Both the position numbers and the translations under genes were made by a program. Shown here one piece after another: positions 14,464-27,170 of a stretch of DNA of 64,000 nt (the first letter of the stretch is position 1; each line of letters begins with the position of its first letter). The notes beneath the pieces were generated by a model. The model saw only the letters and a list, made by a program, of their open reading frames with translations, did not search any database and was not told the origin of the DNA. Origin of the DNA: Podarcis tiliguerta. Taxonomy: Eukaryota. Location: the NCBI GenBank assembly GCA_965153285.1, contig OZ229111.1. One strand, given 5' to 3'.

Positions 14464-15639
14464 TAAGACTTCCTCTTCTCTCCCCCCCCTTCCAATCCTA
14501 CTTGCTTTTCCAAATTTAGCATAGGAGTCCTCAGTTGCTTATTTCTTCACAGTAGCTGGCCTTTCTGATTATCTCCCCAAAGTCCACATGCTGTGATGCC
14601 CCTGCGTTTTCACGTCCTCACAATGGTTGTCTTGATACTCTGTCGGTGGCCGACCCCCACTTTCTGCTCCCTGCCAGCCCTGGTGGTGTTAGGAAAGAAT
14701 AATCTAAACTGCAAATAAGTAGAGAATGCTTGCAGAGAGAGCAGGCAGTTGTCCCAGTAGGAAATGGAAGGGTGGTCTCATTTTTAGATGGTGAATCTCC
14801 CTTGTCATTCTGCTCTGTAAAAAAAATTTAAAGATGTGTTTCTCCCTCTTCAGTGGTTAAGATGGTTTGAACATTTCTCTGTGTCTTTAGTTTCCTTCAG
14901 TGCCTAGGGCCGCTTCGTCTATGAAACTTTGCTCTTGCACGCTTTTTCTTCTTTTTTTCTTTTTTGGGAGTTCATCACTGTGCAAGCTTGGAGAAGTAAA
15001 ACCAAAGTAAAAGATTCATATGTGGACTCCTAGCATGCTTCTGGGTGATTCTTCACATGAACAATATTTTGTGCATAATATTTTCATATGCTATACAACA
15101 TCTAAAATTTAGGAGCTCTCTGGACTTGTTTACTGTACTGTATTTTCATGCATGAAAGTAGCTGTGGGTTATCTGTACGTTTAGGTTTGAGCAGTTAGCC
15201 TGGAAACACAAAAGGAGTGATTGGTTGGACTTATTTTGTCATATGGATCAATGTCTTCAATGTCATTTTATTTTCTGCTGCGATCTTATGACGGGGAATC
15301 ATTTGAAAAAGGAGGGAGTAATGTACATGACATGAACTGACATGTTGAGTGTTTTCATTTTCTAGTTCTCACACCAGTCCAAGCGATGCGTATTGCTGTT
15401 TCTAAAACACTTTTCTGTTCTGTTCAATGATGTCTGTGGTTTTTAGCAACGTTTCAGTCCAGAATGAAAAGTTCTTTTCTCCTGGAACCTTCAGACAGGA
15501 TTTTGTAAAGCAACTAATTAATCTTCTGGCACCACAGCTCTTTGTCTCCTGACTTTCGAGAGTAAAAGCAGATTTTGAGTCTCCTAAACAACTTTCCATT
15601 GTCTCCTTTGTGTAATATTTCCAAAGAGTGTGAACTGTA

Positions 15640-15800
15640 GTCCACTCCTATCCATGTTAACCCAGGGGTAAATTCTGCCTAAGTCAGTGGGATGTACTTC
15701 CAGGCAAGTGTTGCAGCCCTAAGATGCAATCTTATACACACTTAGCTGGGAGTAAGGCCCATTGAACTTATTAAGCCTACTTCTGAGTAGAGGTGTAGCT
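15640..15800. repeat. Two tandem ~85-bp palindromic MITEs
   Basis: GCAATCTTATACACACTTAGCTGGGAGTAAGGCCCATTGAA...TACTTCTGAGTAG. Further copies lie at ~16175-16260, ~19080-19155, ~23799-23885, ~34008-34068 and ~38945-39033. Confidence 0.65.
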
Positions 15801-16269
15801 GTCTGTGGACAAACTTGACTGGGTTTAACCATCCAGGGGTCCTTTACCTTTTACCTTAGAAGTATATTTGACTGCATCGTTAGTTCACAAACCCTCAAAT
15901 TGTGTTCTATAGTGAGTTCCTGGCAGCTGGGACAGTCTGTTATGGTGGTTAACCCAAAAATACAGGAAGTAAAAGAGTGCTGCTGGCAGCTTAACAGAAG
16001 TTGACTAAAATGAAAGCCATTTTTTTAAGGAGGGTAAAATGGGGAACAAGACAAGAGAGTTATCACGAAACAATGAAAGGAAGACATCTCTTTCTGTTTA
16101 GGCAAACACAAAGTAGCAGGAATAAGTTTAGTGCCTTCAGCATCTAGCAACACAGAGCTTGAAAAGTAAATCAGGCAACCCAATCTCAAGCCCATTTATT
16201 TGGCAGAGAGTCCATTTTATTTCAGTGGAACTTATTTCCAGGTAAGCACACATAGGACCACTGTCTATT

Positions 16270-16491
16270 TTAAATTATTATTTATTGTTGCATTTATATC
16301 AGGGAATCTCAAGGTAGCACACATTGTTCTCCCCATCTCCATTTTAGCAGCACAACAATCCTGTAATGTAGGTGAGGCTGAAAGACAGCGACTGGCCTAA
16401 GGTCACCCATGAGCTGCATGGCTGAGACAGGATTTGAATCTTGGGTCTCAGTTCCTAGTTTAGCACTGTAATCACTGTACCATACTAGCTC
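16270..16491 (-). mobile_element. Older tRNA/CORE SINE (Squam3A/MIR-like)
   Basis: The reverse complement begins GAGCTAGTATGGTACAGTG, has a GATTCAAATCC B-box and a GGGTGACCTTAGGCCAGTC core, and ends A-rich. Confidence 0.75.
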
Positions 16492-17195
16492 CAGAGGTTC
16501 TTGCCCCTTTTGAAACTATGCATTAGTAATGTTCAATATGATTGCTTGATTAGTACCTGAGAGCTGCAGCAGTTTTTATCTCCCATTTTACCAAATGGTG
16601 CTGAGGCCATTGGTTGATTATGGTTTGCTCAGGATTGCAGCTGCACTTAGAAATGACTGTGCTTGTTCTCCCCCCCCCCCCCCCGGCTGTGAAACAGGAC
16701 ATTCATTATGAGAGATGGTTGCTAATCTAGTATAAACTACTTCATTGTGCAAGTTGATGAACAAAATTGCCTCTGAATAGTATGATAAATCCCTGTGGCA
16801 GTGATCTAGATTGTAGGATTTCTTAATAGTTTTCAGGCTTAGAGTTTGTAATGAGGCTAATGTGGATAAACACCCAAAGCAGTTCCATTGAATTTTGTTG
16901 GCAGAATCTGTAGAATAGATTACAGGGTTTGGGTCTGTGAGCAGAGGGCAAGTCTAGTCTCCAATCTCTATTTAAACTTTGCATTTTCCTTTCTTTAAAA
17001 CAAAGAAGGCAATAGCATGTAAATCTTGGCATTCCATGTCATGCATTTAAACAAAAAATGAAAAGGGAAAAAACTCCCCACCTTTTAGCAGTGAATTAGC
17101 TGTGCTACTTAGAAGATTTGGGGAAACCAAATATTATTTGTTGGTCTGTGTGTCACTTAAATATAGCATGCAAATCCACAAGAAACCTCTTTGGG

Positions 17196-18429
17196 TTTGT
17201 CCACGCTAGAACAAAATTTGGATTTGTACCTGCCTTTTTCCCATTAATGTAGGGGCATCCATATTAACTCCTCCTCATCCCAGTGTTGTCTCAGGTCTGT
17301 TCAACCTGGCAACCTGTTTGCAGATGATGCAGCCTTGACAGCGCACTCCAAGGGAGCTGTACGGAGACTCCTCAGCTGTTTCGCCCAAGCTTGCATGGAA
17401 TTCGGCCTCACCATCAGCCAGACGAAGACCAACACCCTAGGTCAGGATGCCACCAGCACTCCACGTATCAGCATTGGTGATCACACGGTTGAGGTGGTAG
17501 ATAATTTTGTCCACCTGGACTCCAACGTAACTAGCAACCTTTCCATCAACACTGAGCTCGACAAACGTATTGTCAAGGCAGCTAAAGTAGCGGCTTGCCT
17601 CTCCCAAAGGGTATGGGAGAATGTGATGTTAATGACCAATACCAAGATGAAGGTCTGCCAGGCTTCTTGTATGTGGAGCATACTGATTTTTTGGAAGTGA
17701 GTCGTGGGCAACTTGCACCCACCAGGGGTGATGCAGCAAAGTCTTTCATATCTGTTGTGTCAGGAAGATTTTGGGCATCACATGGCAGGACAGAGACTCA
17801 AACAAAGATGTGCTCTTCGAAGCCCACATTCCTAGCATGTCTGCACTTCCATCCCAGTGACGTGTACACTGGCTTGGGTCATGTACATAGAATGGAAGGT
17901 GGCAGGATCCCCAAGAACATGCTGGCTTCAGGCACCAGGCCCTTTGGCAGAGCAACTATGCATTACAAAGATGTCTGCAAACATGACATGAAGGTTTGCA
18001 ACATTAACCCTGCCGTATGGTTGGATGATTCCAGTGACCAGAGGAGGAATGGCCGCTGGGAGGAGTGCAGAGAGAAGAAATGCCATTGTACATCTGTATC
18101 AGCAAAACTGAATCCTTTCATCTGCCCCAGCTACAATAAAACATGTCTCTCCTGTATGATCTCTAAAACCAGTTACAGTAGGCACTGTAACTCTCCAATG
18201 GTTTGACTTTACCCCCGATGATGTACTCTTCCATTGTCTCTCCAGACAGAGAAATGCCAAAATTTCCAATTCTTGGAAAGTTCAAAACAGCCAGGATTGA
18301 AAAACCCCACTTTGGAGGGGGAGGAAGGTCTGGAACAACACTGGGATGAGGAGGGTGTCATGTGGATTCCCATACATTAATGGAGATAAAGGCAGGTGAA
18401 AATCCACATTTTGCTTTGATAGGGACAAA
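17196..18429. mobile_element. Foldback MITE with ~95-bp inverted arms (17196-17289 and 18335-18429) interrupted by the RTE
   Basis: The left arm TTTGTCC...ACCTGCCTTT...CCATTAATGTA...CCTCCTCATCCCAGTGTTGT aligns with the reverse complement of the right arm. Confidence 0.78.
17297..18260 (+). mobile_element. 5'-truncated RTE (BovB-group) LINE
   Basis: LFNLA, then LFADDAALTAHS (RT catalytic motif, 17314), FGLTISQTKT, GHVHRMEGGRIPK and C-terminal FICP. It ends CCATTGTCTCTCCAGACAGAGAAATGCCAA. Frameshifted. Confidence 0.85.
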
Positions 18430-18875
18430 GGCAGTAATGTATTCACTTGCAAGGGTTAAATATTGTTGTCCTCAAAGGCTGTTTTGTCACCTTATCTTTG
18501 GATTGCCACATTTTGTCATTTAGATAACAGGCATGTGATTTTATACTTTTAACATTTCGGGTTCAATTAAAGAGAGAGAGAGATGCACAGCATAGGAACT
18601 TTGAGAACGACAATTCTTGTTTGAAATGCTAGCTGTGTAGAAAGAATAGAGACGAAATCTTTGCTTATGATAACTACTTCAGCTTCTTCATTTCTTTATT
18701 TAGGTCCCATAATAGTATCCATTTCTGCTGTGCTGTTAGTAACTGATACTCAGTTGAGCTTACTACATTGCTCCAAGATCCTGTTCAATATGTGTCTTTT
18801 CACTAAAACATAACTGGAGAATAGCTGTGGGTTTTCTTCATGCAGAGTTTCCACTAAGTCCAGCTGAAACAAGAT

Positions 18876-19021
18876 CATGGTAGCTCAGTCTGTAGAGCAC
18901 GAGGCTTGAATCTCAGGGTCATGGGTTCGAGCCCCATGTTGGACGAAATATTCCTGCATTGCAGGGAGTTGGACTAGATGATCCTTGTGGTACCTAACAA
19001 CTCTATGATTCTATGACTCTA
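18876..19021 (+). mobile_element. tRNA-Lys-derived SINE with CR1-type tail (POMSINE/Squam2-like)
   Basis: tRNA head GGTAGCTCAGTC...AATCTCAGGGTCATGGGTTCGAGCCCCA followed by GTTGGACTAGATGATC...CAACTCTATGATTCTATGA, a CR1-type 3' end. Confidence 0.82.
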
Positions 19022-20007
19022 TAAGATGCCATTGCAAGGATTCATAGTCTCCTGTGGTAGAGAAGATACATTTTCTGATACTATACATCAGAAGTAAGTC
19101 CCACTGAGTTGCGTGAATCTTATCCCCCAAATAAGTGGGAATAGAATTGGAGTCCAGATGTTCAATTTAATGGTTCAACTTAACCATTAGATTGAAGCTC
19201 ATATAACAGTACTTTTTGAAAAGAGCACAGCACTTCAAAAAAGTTGATGGGCATTGTTCTCTCATTAGAAAAGTAAAATGGTGTTGAATCCTTGATTTAT
19301 TAATAGCCTATTTTTATGCTAAGGCATAACTGGGTAATTGTTGAGATTAACTTGAAATGGTTGTGGGGGGGGTGGCAGGGGGGAGAGGCTGTAATTCACA
19401 GAGAACAGTGGCAAATGATTCAGTCATGCAAGACTCCTTGCTGCCTGGATACTAATTGCACACTTAATGTTAAAACAAAAACCCTGGGATTGCTTGTTAA
19501 TTTCAAGTCATTACAAGAAAGCGCAGGAAATATGGCAAGTAAAATTTTTAAATAGGCTTTTAAAACAGCAGCAACAGGGAAGCCGCTAAAGCCTTTGTCA
19601 TGACTGGAGTGGTGCTCCATTAGTCTGTTTATCAGAAAGTCCTTGTTACGAGGCTGGCTTTCTCTGCTGAAAATGATAATTCTGCTCAGCTTTCAAAGCA
19701 GCTTTCCAACCAGAACAAAACCATCCGATGAAACCAGAAGCAAATACCATAAAACAGTGGCTTCCCCAACCTGGGCATTTGGACCACAGCACTGAAGCTT
19801 ATGAGAGTTGTCCTAAACATCTGGAGGGCACCAGGTTGGGGTCTAACCTTTCAATGTTTACAGCAGCACACTGCACAGCAAATGGCCAGAGCCCAAAGAC
19901 TACTGTAGCTCATCAAAGCAGGAGCTTGGTGGACTTCTTTAGGAAACAGGTTCCACAAGAGGAGGGTGGGCTTGTTGGTAAGATAGCAGCAGCCTGCGAT
20001 CATAATA

Positions 20008-20233
20008 CAGTGGTGCTTCAGGTTACATACGCTTCAGGTTATAGACTCCACTAACCCAGAAATAGTACCTCGGGTTAAGAACTTTGCTTCAGGATGAGAA
20101 CAAAAATCGTGGTCCTGCGGTGAGGCGGCAGCGAGAGGCCCCATTAGCTAAAGTGGTGCTTCAGGTTAAGAACAGTTTCAGGTTAAGAACGGACCTCCGG
20201 AACGAATTAAGTACTTAACCCGAGGTACCACTG
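20008..20233 (+). mobile_element. Tigger-like MITE, family A
   Basis: TA-CAGTGGTG...GAGGTACCACTG-TA, with the same internal sequence as 3608-3829. Confidence 0.87.
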
Positions 20234-20347
20234 TACATACATAATGGAAGGTTTGTATCAGGTATGCCTGAAGAAGTAGACATAACCTATGGCTATTATT
20301 ATTTATAACAAAAGCTAGTGGGAGTGGGTAGTGGAACTGCTCTAGCG

Positions 20348-20483
20348 CAGGGTTTCCCAAACTTGGGTCTCTAGCTGTTTTTGGACTACAGTTCCCATCA
20401 TCCCTGACCATTGGTCCTGCTAGCTAGCAATGATGGGGGTTGTAGTCAAACAACATCTGGAGACCCAAGTTTGGAAAACTCTG
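20348..20483. mobile_element. hAT (Charlie-like) palindromic MITE, 136 bp
   Basis: CAGGGTTTCCCAAACTTGGGTCTC ... GAGACCCAAGTTTGGAAAACTCTG, with TSD CTCTAGCG / CTCTAGTG. Confidence 0.87.
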
Positions 20484-22113
20484 CTCTAGTGGAAGATGAG
20501 CATCAGCCAGTGATCAGCATTATCAAATGTGGGCCTTCAAACACAATATTGAAGTTTCTTAGGGTGGAGGGAAGTTTTGCTTTTTATATATACAAAGCAA
20601 TCGGTTTTCTGGGCAGAGGACGGTAGTAGCTTGCTCAGCACAAGTATTATTTTTCCCTGTCGATGCACCTTGGCTGCTTTCAGGAAAGTAGCTGAAGTAT
20701 TCAGATACTTGACTACAGCTTTAGTTCCTTATTATCATGCTGGCAACTTTTTTTGTGGTGTTGCTTCAGAGGTGTTCTCAGCATATCCTCTTTCATATTA
20801 AAACTTTCCGATTTCTGCTCCTCATGCATATTCAGCAGTCTTTTAAAAGGCTCTTATTGTCTTGATTTTTGCTGTTCTCAGACACGTAGGGGCCCTTGTG
20901 CCGCTAAGTAACCAACGTGTGATTTAAACCTCCCATTTCAGGACACTTTCTGCTCATCTGGTTTTAAACTATTTTTTAAAACAACAACAACTACCCTTCC
21001 ATTTTTTACTTTGCATTATGCAGAATTCAGGCTTGTTCGTTATTAAACATATATGAAATTTATTAGTTTTGTAATAATCAGTTCCAGCAGGGCCATATGT
21101 TAATATCCCCAAACTATTGCGGCTCAATAAATCAAACATTGTCTATTCAGATCGCCCACCTCCAGAATCTGGGGGAATATTGAAATTACCCATTTTATTT
21201 TTTTTAAAGGAACACAATGTACAGTAGAATGCTTCCGTTATAAATTACCCCCTCAATGATTCTGTGTTGGTGTGAAACTTTCCAGCTCTGCTCTGATAGC
21301 CTTAAGAAGATGTGTAGAACTGCTGAAGGATGTAATCTTTAAAGCACTTACTTCAAAGTAGTCACCTTGACTTCAGTGCAGTGACTCGTAATAAGTGGGT
21401 TGAGAATTGTGACCTTACAAGATAAAAATAACCAATGTCAAGGGTTGTTGGGGTTTTTTTGGCGTTTTTTTTTGCCACATCAGAAATTCCTCTCCTGTCT
21501 TTCCCCCTCTGTTATTTATAATGTATGTTTGAAACAAAGAAAAGTGTCTATGAATGTCCTGGACCATGAAGCCTGTAGAAGGCTTTTTGCAAACAGCATT
21601 TCATAGTAGAAATTTCCTTTCCTTACTTGCTTCTTTCCCCTTGTGGCTTTTGTGTCTGAGCTCTTTTAATTTGGCGTGCCTCTTGGGGGTGAGTAAACAG
21701 CTTTTAAAAAATAATTGGCTTAGCCATTTCTGATGTGCTTGGTATGCTTCTATCTCTTGAGGACCCAAGATTTTTATATTGAAAAGAAAAATCTTGAATT
21801 CCGCTTAGCAGCCAAAAGAAAAACTACTGATGAGATGGGGAAGGCAAATGCACAGAGTATTCATTTTACTTAAGTTTTTCTTTCCAGATTCATGGAAATC
21901 ATTTTTCTGGCAACAAACAATGTAGAATCATTTCAGCCAAATTAATTTCTTGGATTGTAATTGAAGTAGTCTTGTGATGGTAGAGGATTTGGCAACTTGT
22001 TAAATTTATATGTTCTTTTGCAATGCAAAGTGAGCAGCTCTCCAGATTTCTTCTCTCTCTCTCTGTGTGTGTATATATTTATTTCCTGAAACCATCCCCC
22101 AAAAGATATAGAT

Positions 22114-22249
22114 CAGGCATAGGCAAACTTGGCCCTCCAGATGTTTTGGGACTACAATTCCCATCATCCCTGACCACTGGTCCTGTTAGCTAGGGATGAT
22201 GGGAGTTGTAGTCCCAAAACATCTGGAGGGCTGAGTTTGCCTATTCCTG
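22114..22249. mobile_element. hAT palindromic MITE, 136 bp
   Basis: CAGGCATAGGCAAACT ... AGTTTGCCTATTCCTG, with TSD ATATAGAT / ATATATAT. The interior is shared with 20348-20483. Confidence 0.87.
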
Positions 22250-23890
22250 ATATATATATTATTGAAATGTGCTTTAAGGAGCAAAGTAGTGGGCAAAACT
22301 GGTGTTCGAATTGTAAGTACATGAAGGTCCCACTATAGGAATGCTTGTCATCCAAAATCTCAGTTATGTGAACATAAACAATTATACCCAAATCTCACTA
22401 CGCAAATGGCTGATTCAGATATCCAAACAGCCAGAGTTTGTCACATCTTTACTTGTTTGTGTTTTGTTGGTCAGCTGCAACCATTTTGGACAGAAACCAT
22501 GGAGTGAGGAAGAAAAAATCGGACAAATTGGAACAGGAGAGATCAAGCAAAGCAGTTTTTCCTTTGTCTTTTGCTGGTTGACTGCAGCAGTTTCAGGCAG
22601 AAACAATGGAAGGAAGGGTGGAGAATGGGAGGGAAGAAAGGAGAGAGATGGGAGAAATCATGGATTAGAAGTTTCCCCATAGGAAGTAATGGAAATCATC
22701 AGCTCGTTATGAGAACACTTGCCTAACAAATGATTTCCTGGGAAAGCATTGTGTTCAGAAAGCAGGACCTGTGTGTACAGAGGCTTGGTTCCTGTGTACC
22801 ACAAGGATGAACACACAGCAAGCTTCAGGGACATGTATTCTGCTTCCCTTCTGTGGTTGTGAGACTGGAATCTTCCATTTTCATTTTAGGTTTGCCACGG
22901 TTTAGTGTTACATCTGAGCCCTAAACTGGTTGATTTTATTTTTGTTTTTGAAACAAAGCAGTTTCATAAACTATGGTTTCAGTTTGGGTTTTTCCTCTAG
23001 CTAAGACATTCTGCCTAGGTTCATTTAATCTAAAACAGAAAAAGTTCCAAATTTTTCATGGCCACAACAGATCAGGGGTGGAGATTTGTGTATAAACATA
23101 GCCACACACTCTGTCACACATGCATTTCATATAAATAGGTGCTGCCAGTCTCTGCCTTGTTGGTGTTCCTGGAACATCAAACCACAACTTAGGTTTTTCT
23201 GAGAGGGTCTGTAGTAATTTTGTGTGCATGATTTTAAGTGGCTGACATGGCATTGTCGTGATCAAGTTCAATGATATATTAATAGTTTTTCCCAAAAGGA
23301 ATATTATTATTAAGACTTGGCAGTTATTGATTTATGCACTTTCTTAGTTATACAAGGTTTTTTAGAAACTAGGTCTGTAGCATTTCATTGTCAGTTGAAA
23401 CATTTCAATTGACGAAAAAGGTGTCTTGTTTAATTGGACACTGACTTTAAAATGTGTTAAATTATTTTTTAATATTCATAAAAACTGTAGATGTGTTGAA
23501 GGGGAATACCTCTTCTAAGACTATTCTTGCTTCATTATCTAAAACCAAAGATGCTAATTCTAATGTTTTTTCATTATAATTATTGTTTTTTCCCCCATTA
23601 TGGAGATCTATCAAGTAAAACTCCTGTGACTAAATTTTTAAGGTTGAGTAAAACATGATTCTCAATAGCTATGCAGATATTAATGAGATGGTTATTGCAT
23701 TTTGTCAAATTCCAGATATATACATAATTCTTAGTTGCCACTAAAATAGGATATTAGTAAGCACCTATGGACTTTTCTCATAAAGACCCAATCTTTTAGG
23801 CTACAACCCTATACACACTTCCTCGGGAGAAAGTCCCATTGAGCTTAGCAGAACTTTATTCTGAATAGGCATACATAGGAGCGCAAACTG

Positions 23891-24200
23891 CTAAGAACAC
23901 AAGAGCAGCCCTGCTATATCAGACCAGTGGCATATCTAGTCTAGCATCATCTACTCACAGTGTCCAGCTAGATGACTGTGGGAAACCTGCAGCAGGACCT
24001 GAGCACAAGAGCTCTCTCCTCTCCCCATGGATTCAGGCAACTGGTATTGAGTGTACTGCACCCAACTGTGGAGGGCAGAGCATAGCCATTAGGGTTAGTA
24101 GCTGTTGAGAGCCTTACACTCCATGAATTTGTCTAATCCACTTTTAAAGCCATCCAAGTTGTGGGCCATTGCTGCTTTCTGTGGCAGCAAGTCCCATCGT
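23891..24200 (-). mobile_element. CR1 LINE 3' end
   Basis: TAAGAACACAAGAGCAGCCCTGCT...CCATGAATTTGTCTAATCCACTTTTAAAGCCATCCAAG, covering the ORF2 end and 3' UTR in antisense. Confidence 0.78.
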
Positions 24201-24215
24201 TTGTAATTTGCACAC

Positions 24216-24325
24216 AGCAGCAGCAGGAAGCCCCATTAGCTAAAGTGGTGCTTCAGGTTAAGAACAGTTTCAGGTTAAGAACGGACCTCCGGAACGAATT
24301 AAGTACTTAACCCGAGGTACCACTG
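24216..24325 (+). mobile_element. Right half of a Tigger-like MITE, family A
   Basis: GCCCCATTAGCTAAAGTGGTGCTTCAGG...GAGGTACCACTG-TA. The left TIR is absent. Confidence 0.82.
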
Positions 24326-26461
24326 TACAGCTATTTTTCTGCTGCCTCAATTCTGTTACAAATAACAGAGCATGTGATGCTCCAACTTCCTCGAGCACTT
24401 ACAGGCTTCGTGCATTGGTTTACTAGAAATATTTTCCTGTTGACCATGGTATCGGTCTAAGCAATCTCTCTCCCTGCCCCATTTCTGAAAGTTTTGTTTT
24501 AGAAGATAAATTCTTTTTCGGGGTGTGGGGTATGGGACCTTTCCTCGTGTGAAGCAAATACATGTTGACTGCAGCAAAGCCATCTCGAGCAGCTGCTTAT
24601 TGCTTGGTGGAGTCTCTTCCAAAGAAAATAATCAAGAATGTGTTCAGTTAATGCTTTTTGTTTTTATCCGAGGGGAGTAGCGTTGGTTATGAAGCTGTTT
24701 TAGTCATAGGAGAGGGAAGCACAGTCTTGCTCTTGTTTGGCCCCCTCCTTAAACTGCCTTTGTCTGAGAGGGGTGGTTGAAACTGCATTTTCCTCTGGTC
24801 TTTAGAGGCTGAAACTAGGAGCTTGTAGCTTGCTCAGGCTTCAGGTCCTTGGGTTATAAATTCTTTTTCAGATTCTGGTTTCTTGTAATTAATACATTCA
24901 GCAGAGCTACAGATTGCTGTAATAATCAACTTATTCTGAAATAGGCACCTAGTGTATTTCTACAGACAACCCCTCTTTATCTTTTTGTAAGCTGCTTGTT
25001 ACAAGAATAATTCAATACCATTCTGTTCTGCTTTGGAGGCTTGAGCTCATGTCTGTCTACTGCACCAAAACTCACTTGAGTTGGAGGCTATCCTAATTTC
25101 CTAAACTATGGGAAATGCAGGGATAATACATGTTTTCTGCACAGTGTTTGAGGAGGGTTAATTTTCTGTTTTGGCCCTGTGGGCCAAACATACACAAACT
25201 GGCAAATTAAGCAATACAAAGCTGGTTTACAAAGCAGAGGAGGAATTCACTATTAAAAAATCTATTCCAGTAGTTGTGGTCCCATCATAGCCATTGAGGA
25301 GAGTCTAAAGAATGAAGAGATCACTGATGAAATTCTTTTCTGCCTTAGAACTCTATTGTTGTTTTCCCTCCAAATCTGATATCTGGGAACACAACAAACC
25401 ATTTGACCTGTGCATTTGGTTTTGCTGAGTCCAGATGTTGCAACTGTCAGATCAAATTAGGCTTCAAAGTGAGGTTTTAGAAAACTGAAGTGTTTTTATA
25501 ACCTTAAACCAATAAAAATGTTCCCATTAAAAACATGAAATGTTTCTTTTGAAATTGCTGTTGAACCTGCTGTTCTACATTTGGATGTGGAAAAATAGGA
25601 AAGGGGGGGATACATACATACACCCCCCCAAAAGAACTGCTACTAAAGTAAACTTTTAGAATTCCATTTCCTAGGATTTATGAAACAAAGTTAGAGAGCA
25701 AAATGGAGACACATATGGGCAATTTTTCTCTGCACCCATGTTGTAAATAGGTAGCTAAGGCTGCTTCCTGATAGCAGCTGCTCCCTGCAACCAGAGCACA
25801 AACACAGGAAACACAACCAGAAGTAATTCAAAGAACTTCTTGCTAGCTAGGGGTTTGATGCAGCAGTCGCCGTGACAAGTGCTAATAGTTAATGTGAGTC
25901 TTTTGCTTCTAGTCCATCTGGACCAGGAGTAATAAAAAGGGCATAATCCTTACCTAATATCTAAGTATTGGGCATGTTGAATTAGTCACTCACAAACTGC
26001 TCTGTTGAAAGCATCTTAAGAGCAAATAATCTTGGTGGTCTTGGTTCTATTAAGCAAACAACTAAACAAAGTGGCTTTTGGGGCATATAATCTGGTGTTG
26101 CCCACCAGACCACTTGGAAGTCTAGGAATTGGTTTCATGGAATGTTTAATGAGTTTTCAAAATTCCCATTCAGATCAGGTTTGTGAGATTAATCGGCTTT
26201 TTTGTTTTTGTTTACCTTGTTTGGTTTTACACTCCTCTTGGATGGTTAAGAATATAGCGGGTTTAATTACATTTTACTGCAGTGACACAATAGCATTTTG
26301 ATAGATTGTAGGAGCAGAAGTTTCTTTGTGGAGGCCAGCAATAATAAATAGATTTGCAGGCATTTCTCTGTTAACCTTTGGCACATGAGGCTTCTTACCA
26401 GCAATCATGTTGCATGAAACATTTAGCCACTGTTGTCATTCAATCCTGTCAGTTTGAAGTA

Positions 26462-26707
26462 CAGTGGTACCTTGGTTTAAGAACGTAATCTGTTCCAGAA
26501 GTCTCTTCTTAAACCAAAGTGTTCTTAAACCAAGGCGTGCTTTCCCATAGCAGCGGGGGACTCAATTTACAAATGGAACACACACAATAGGAAGCGGAAC
26601 ATGTTCTACTTCCAAGGCAAAGTTCACAAACCAAAACACCTCCTTCAGGGTTTGCAGCGTTCTTAATCCAAGTTCCGGTAAGCTGTTCTTAAACCAAGGT
26701 ACCACTG
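26462..26707. mobile_element. Tigger-like MITE, family B
   Basis: TA-CAGTGGTACCTTGGTTTAAGAAC ... GTTCTTAAACCAAGGTACCACTG-TA, a perfect 23-bp TIR. Confidence 0.87.
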
Positions 26708-26813
26708 TATTGGGGAAAAGGAGAAAAAGAAGCCGTCTATACTATCATGTCCAAGGGCTTCTGTTGCTTGGATTGCCCTGTGTTCCACCTTTCTGGGGCA
26801 GGAACTGATCTAA

Positions 26814-27170
26814 AGTCCTGTTTGGGTGTATGTTCTCCTTGCATGTAAATGAACATGCAGGAGGGAACAGGAGCACTTTGCCCAAGCCCTGCCCAGGCAA
26901 TCACCTTTACCCAGTTTAGAGACCTTCATGAGTTCTGGAATTCTGAAGCAGGGTGTCCACCTGTGGAGGCTCCCCATGAAAATTAGAAGAACCCCTGCTA
27001 ACTAGGATTTTCAGTTGATCCAGGAACATTTTGTGAGTCTGCGCCAGACTCATGGGGGCCTCTAAACTGGATAAAAGTGATGTGTTGGAGGAGGCAGGGC
27101 TAGACTGTGTGATCTTGCTCCCCTTCCTGTTTTTGTTCTCCTTGCATACAAATAAATGTCCAAATGGGGT
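26814..27170. mobile_element. Old palindromic MITE, possibly PIF/Harbinger
   Basis: ATCACCTTTACCCAGTTTAGAGACCTTCATGAGT pairs with ACTCATGGGGGCCTCTAAACTGGATAAAAGTGAT. Ends AGTCCTGTTTGG / CCAAATGGGGT are flanked by TAA on both sides. Confidence 0.65.

Noticed and set aside
17335-18206. Functional reverse transcriptase gene
   Set aside because: 5'-truncated, internally deleted and frameshifted RTE relic.
18876-18950. tRNA-Lys gene
   Set aside because: The anticodon arm is degenerate and the sequence runs directly into a CR1-type tail, so it is a SINE head.
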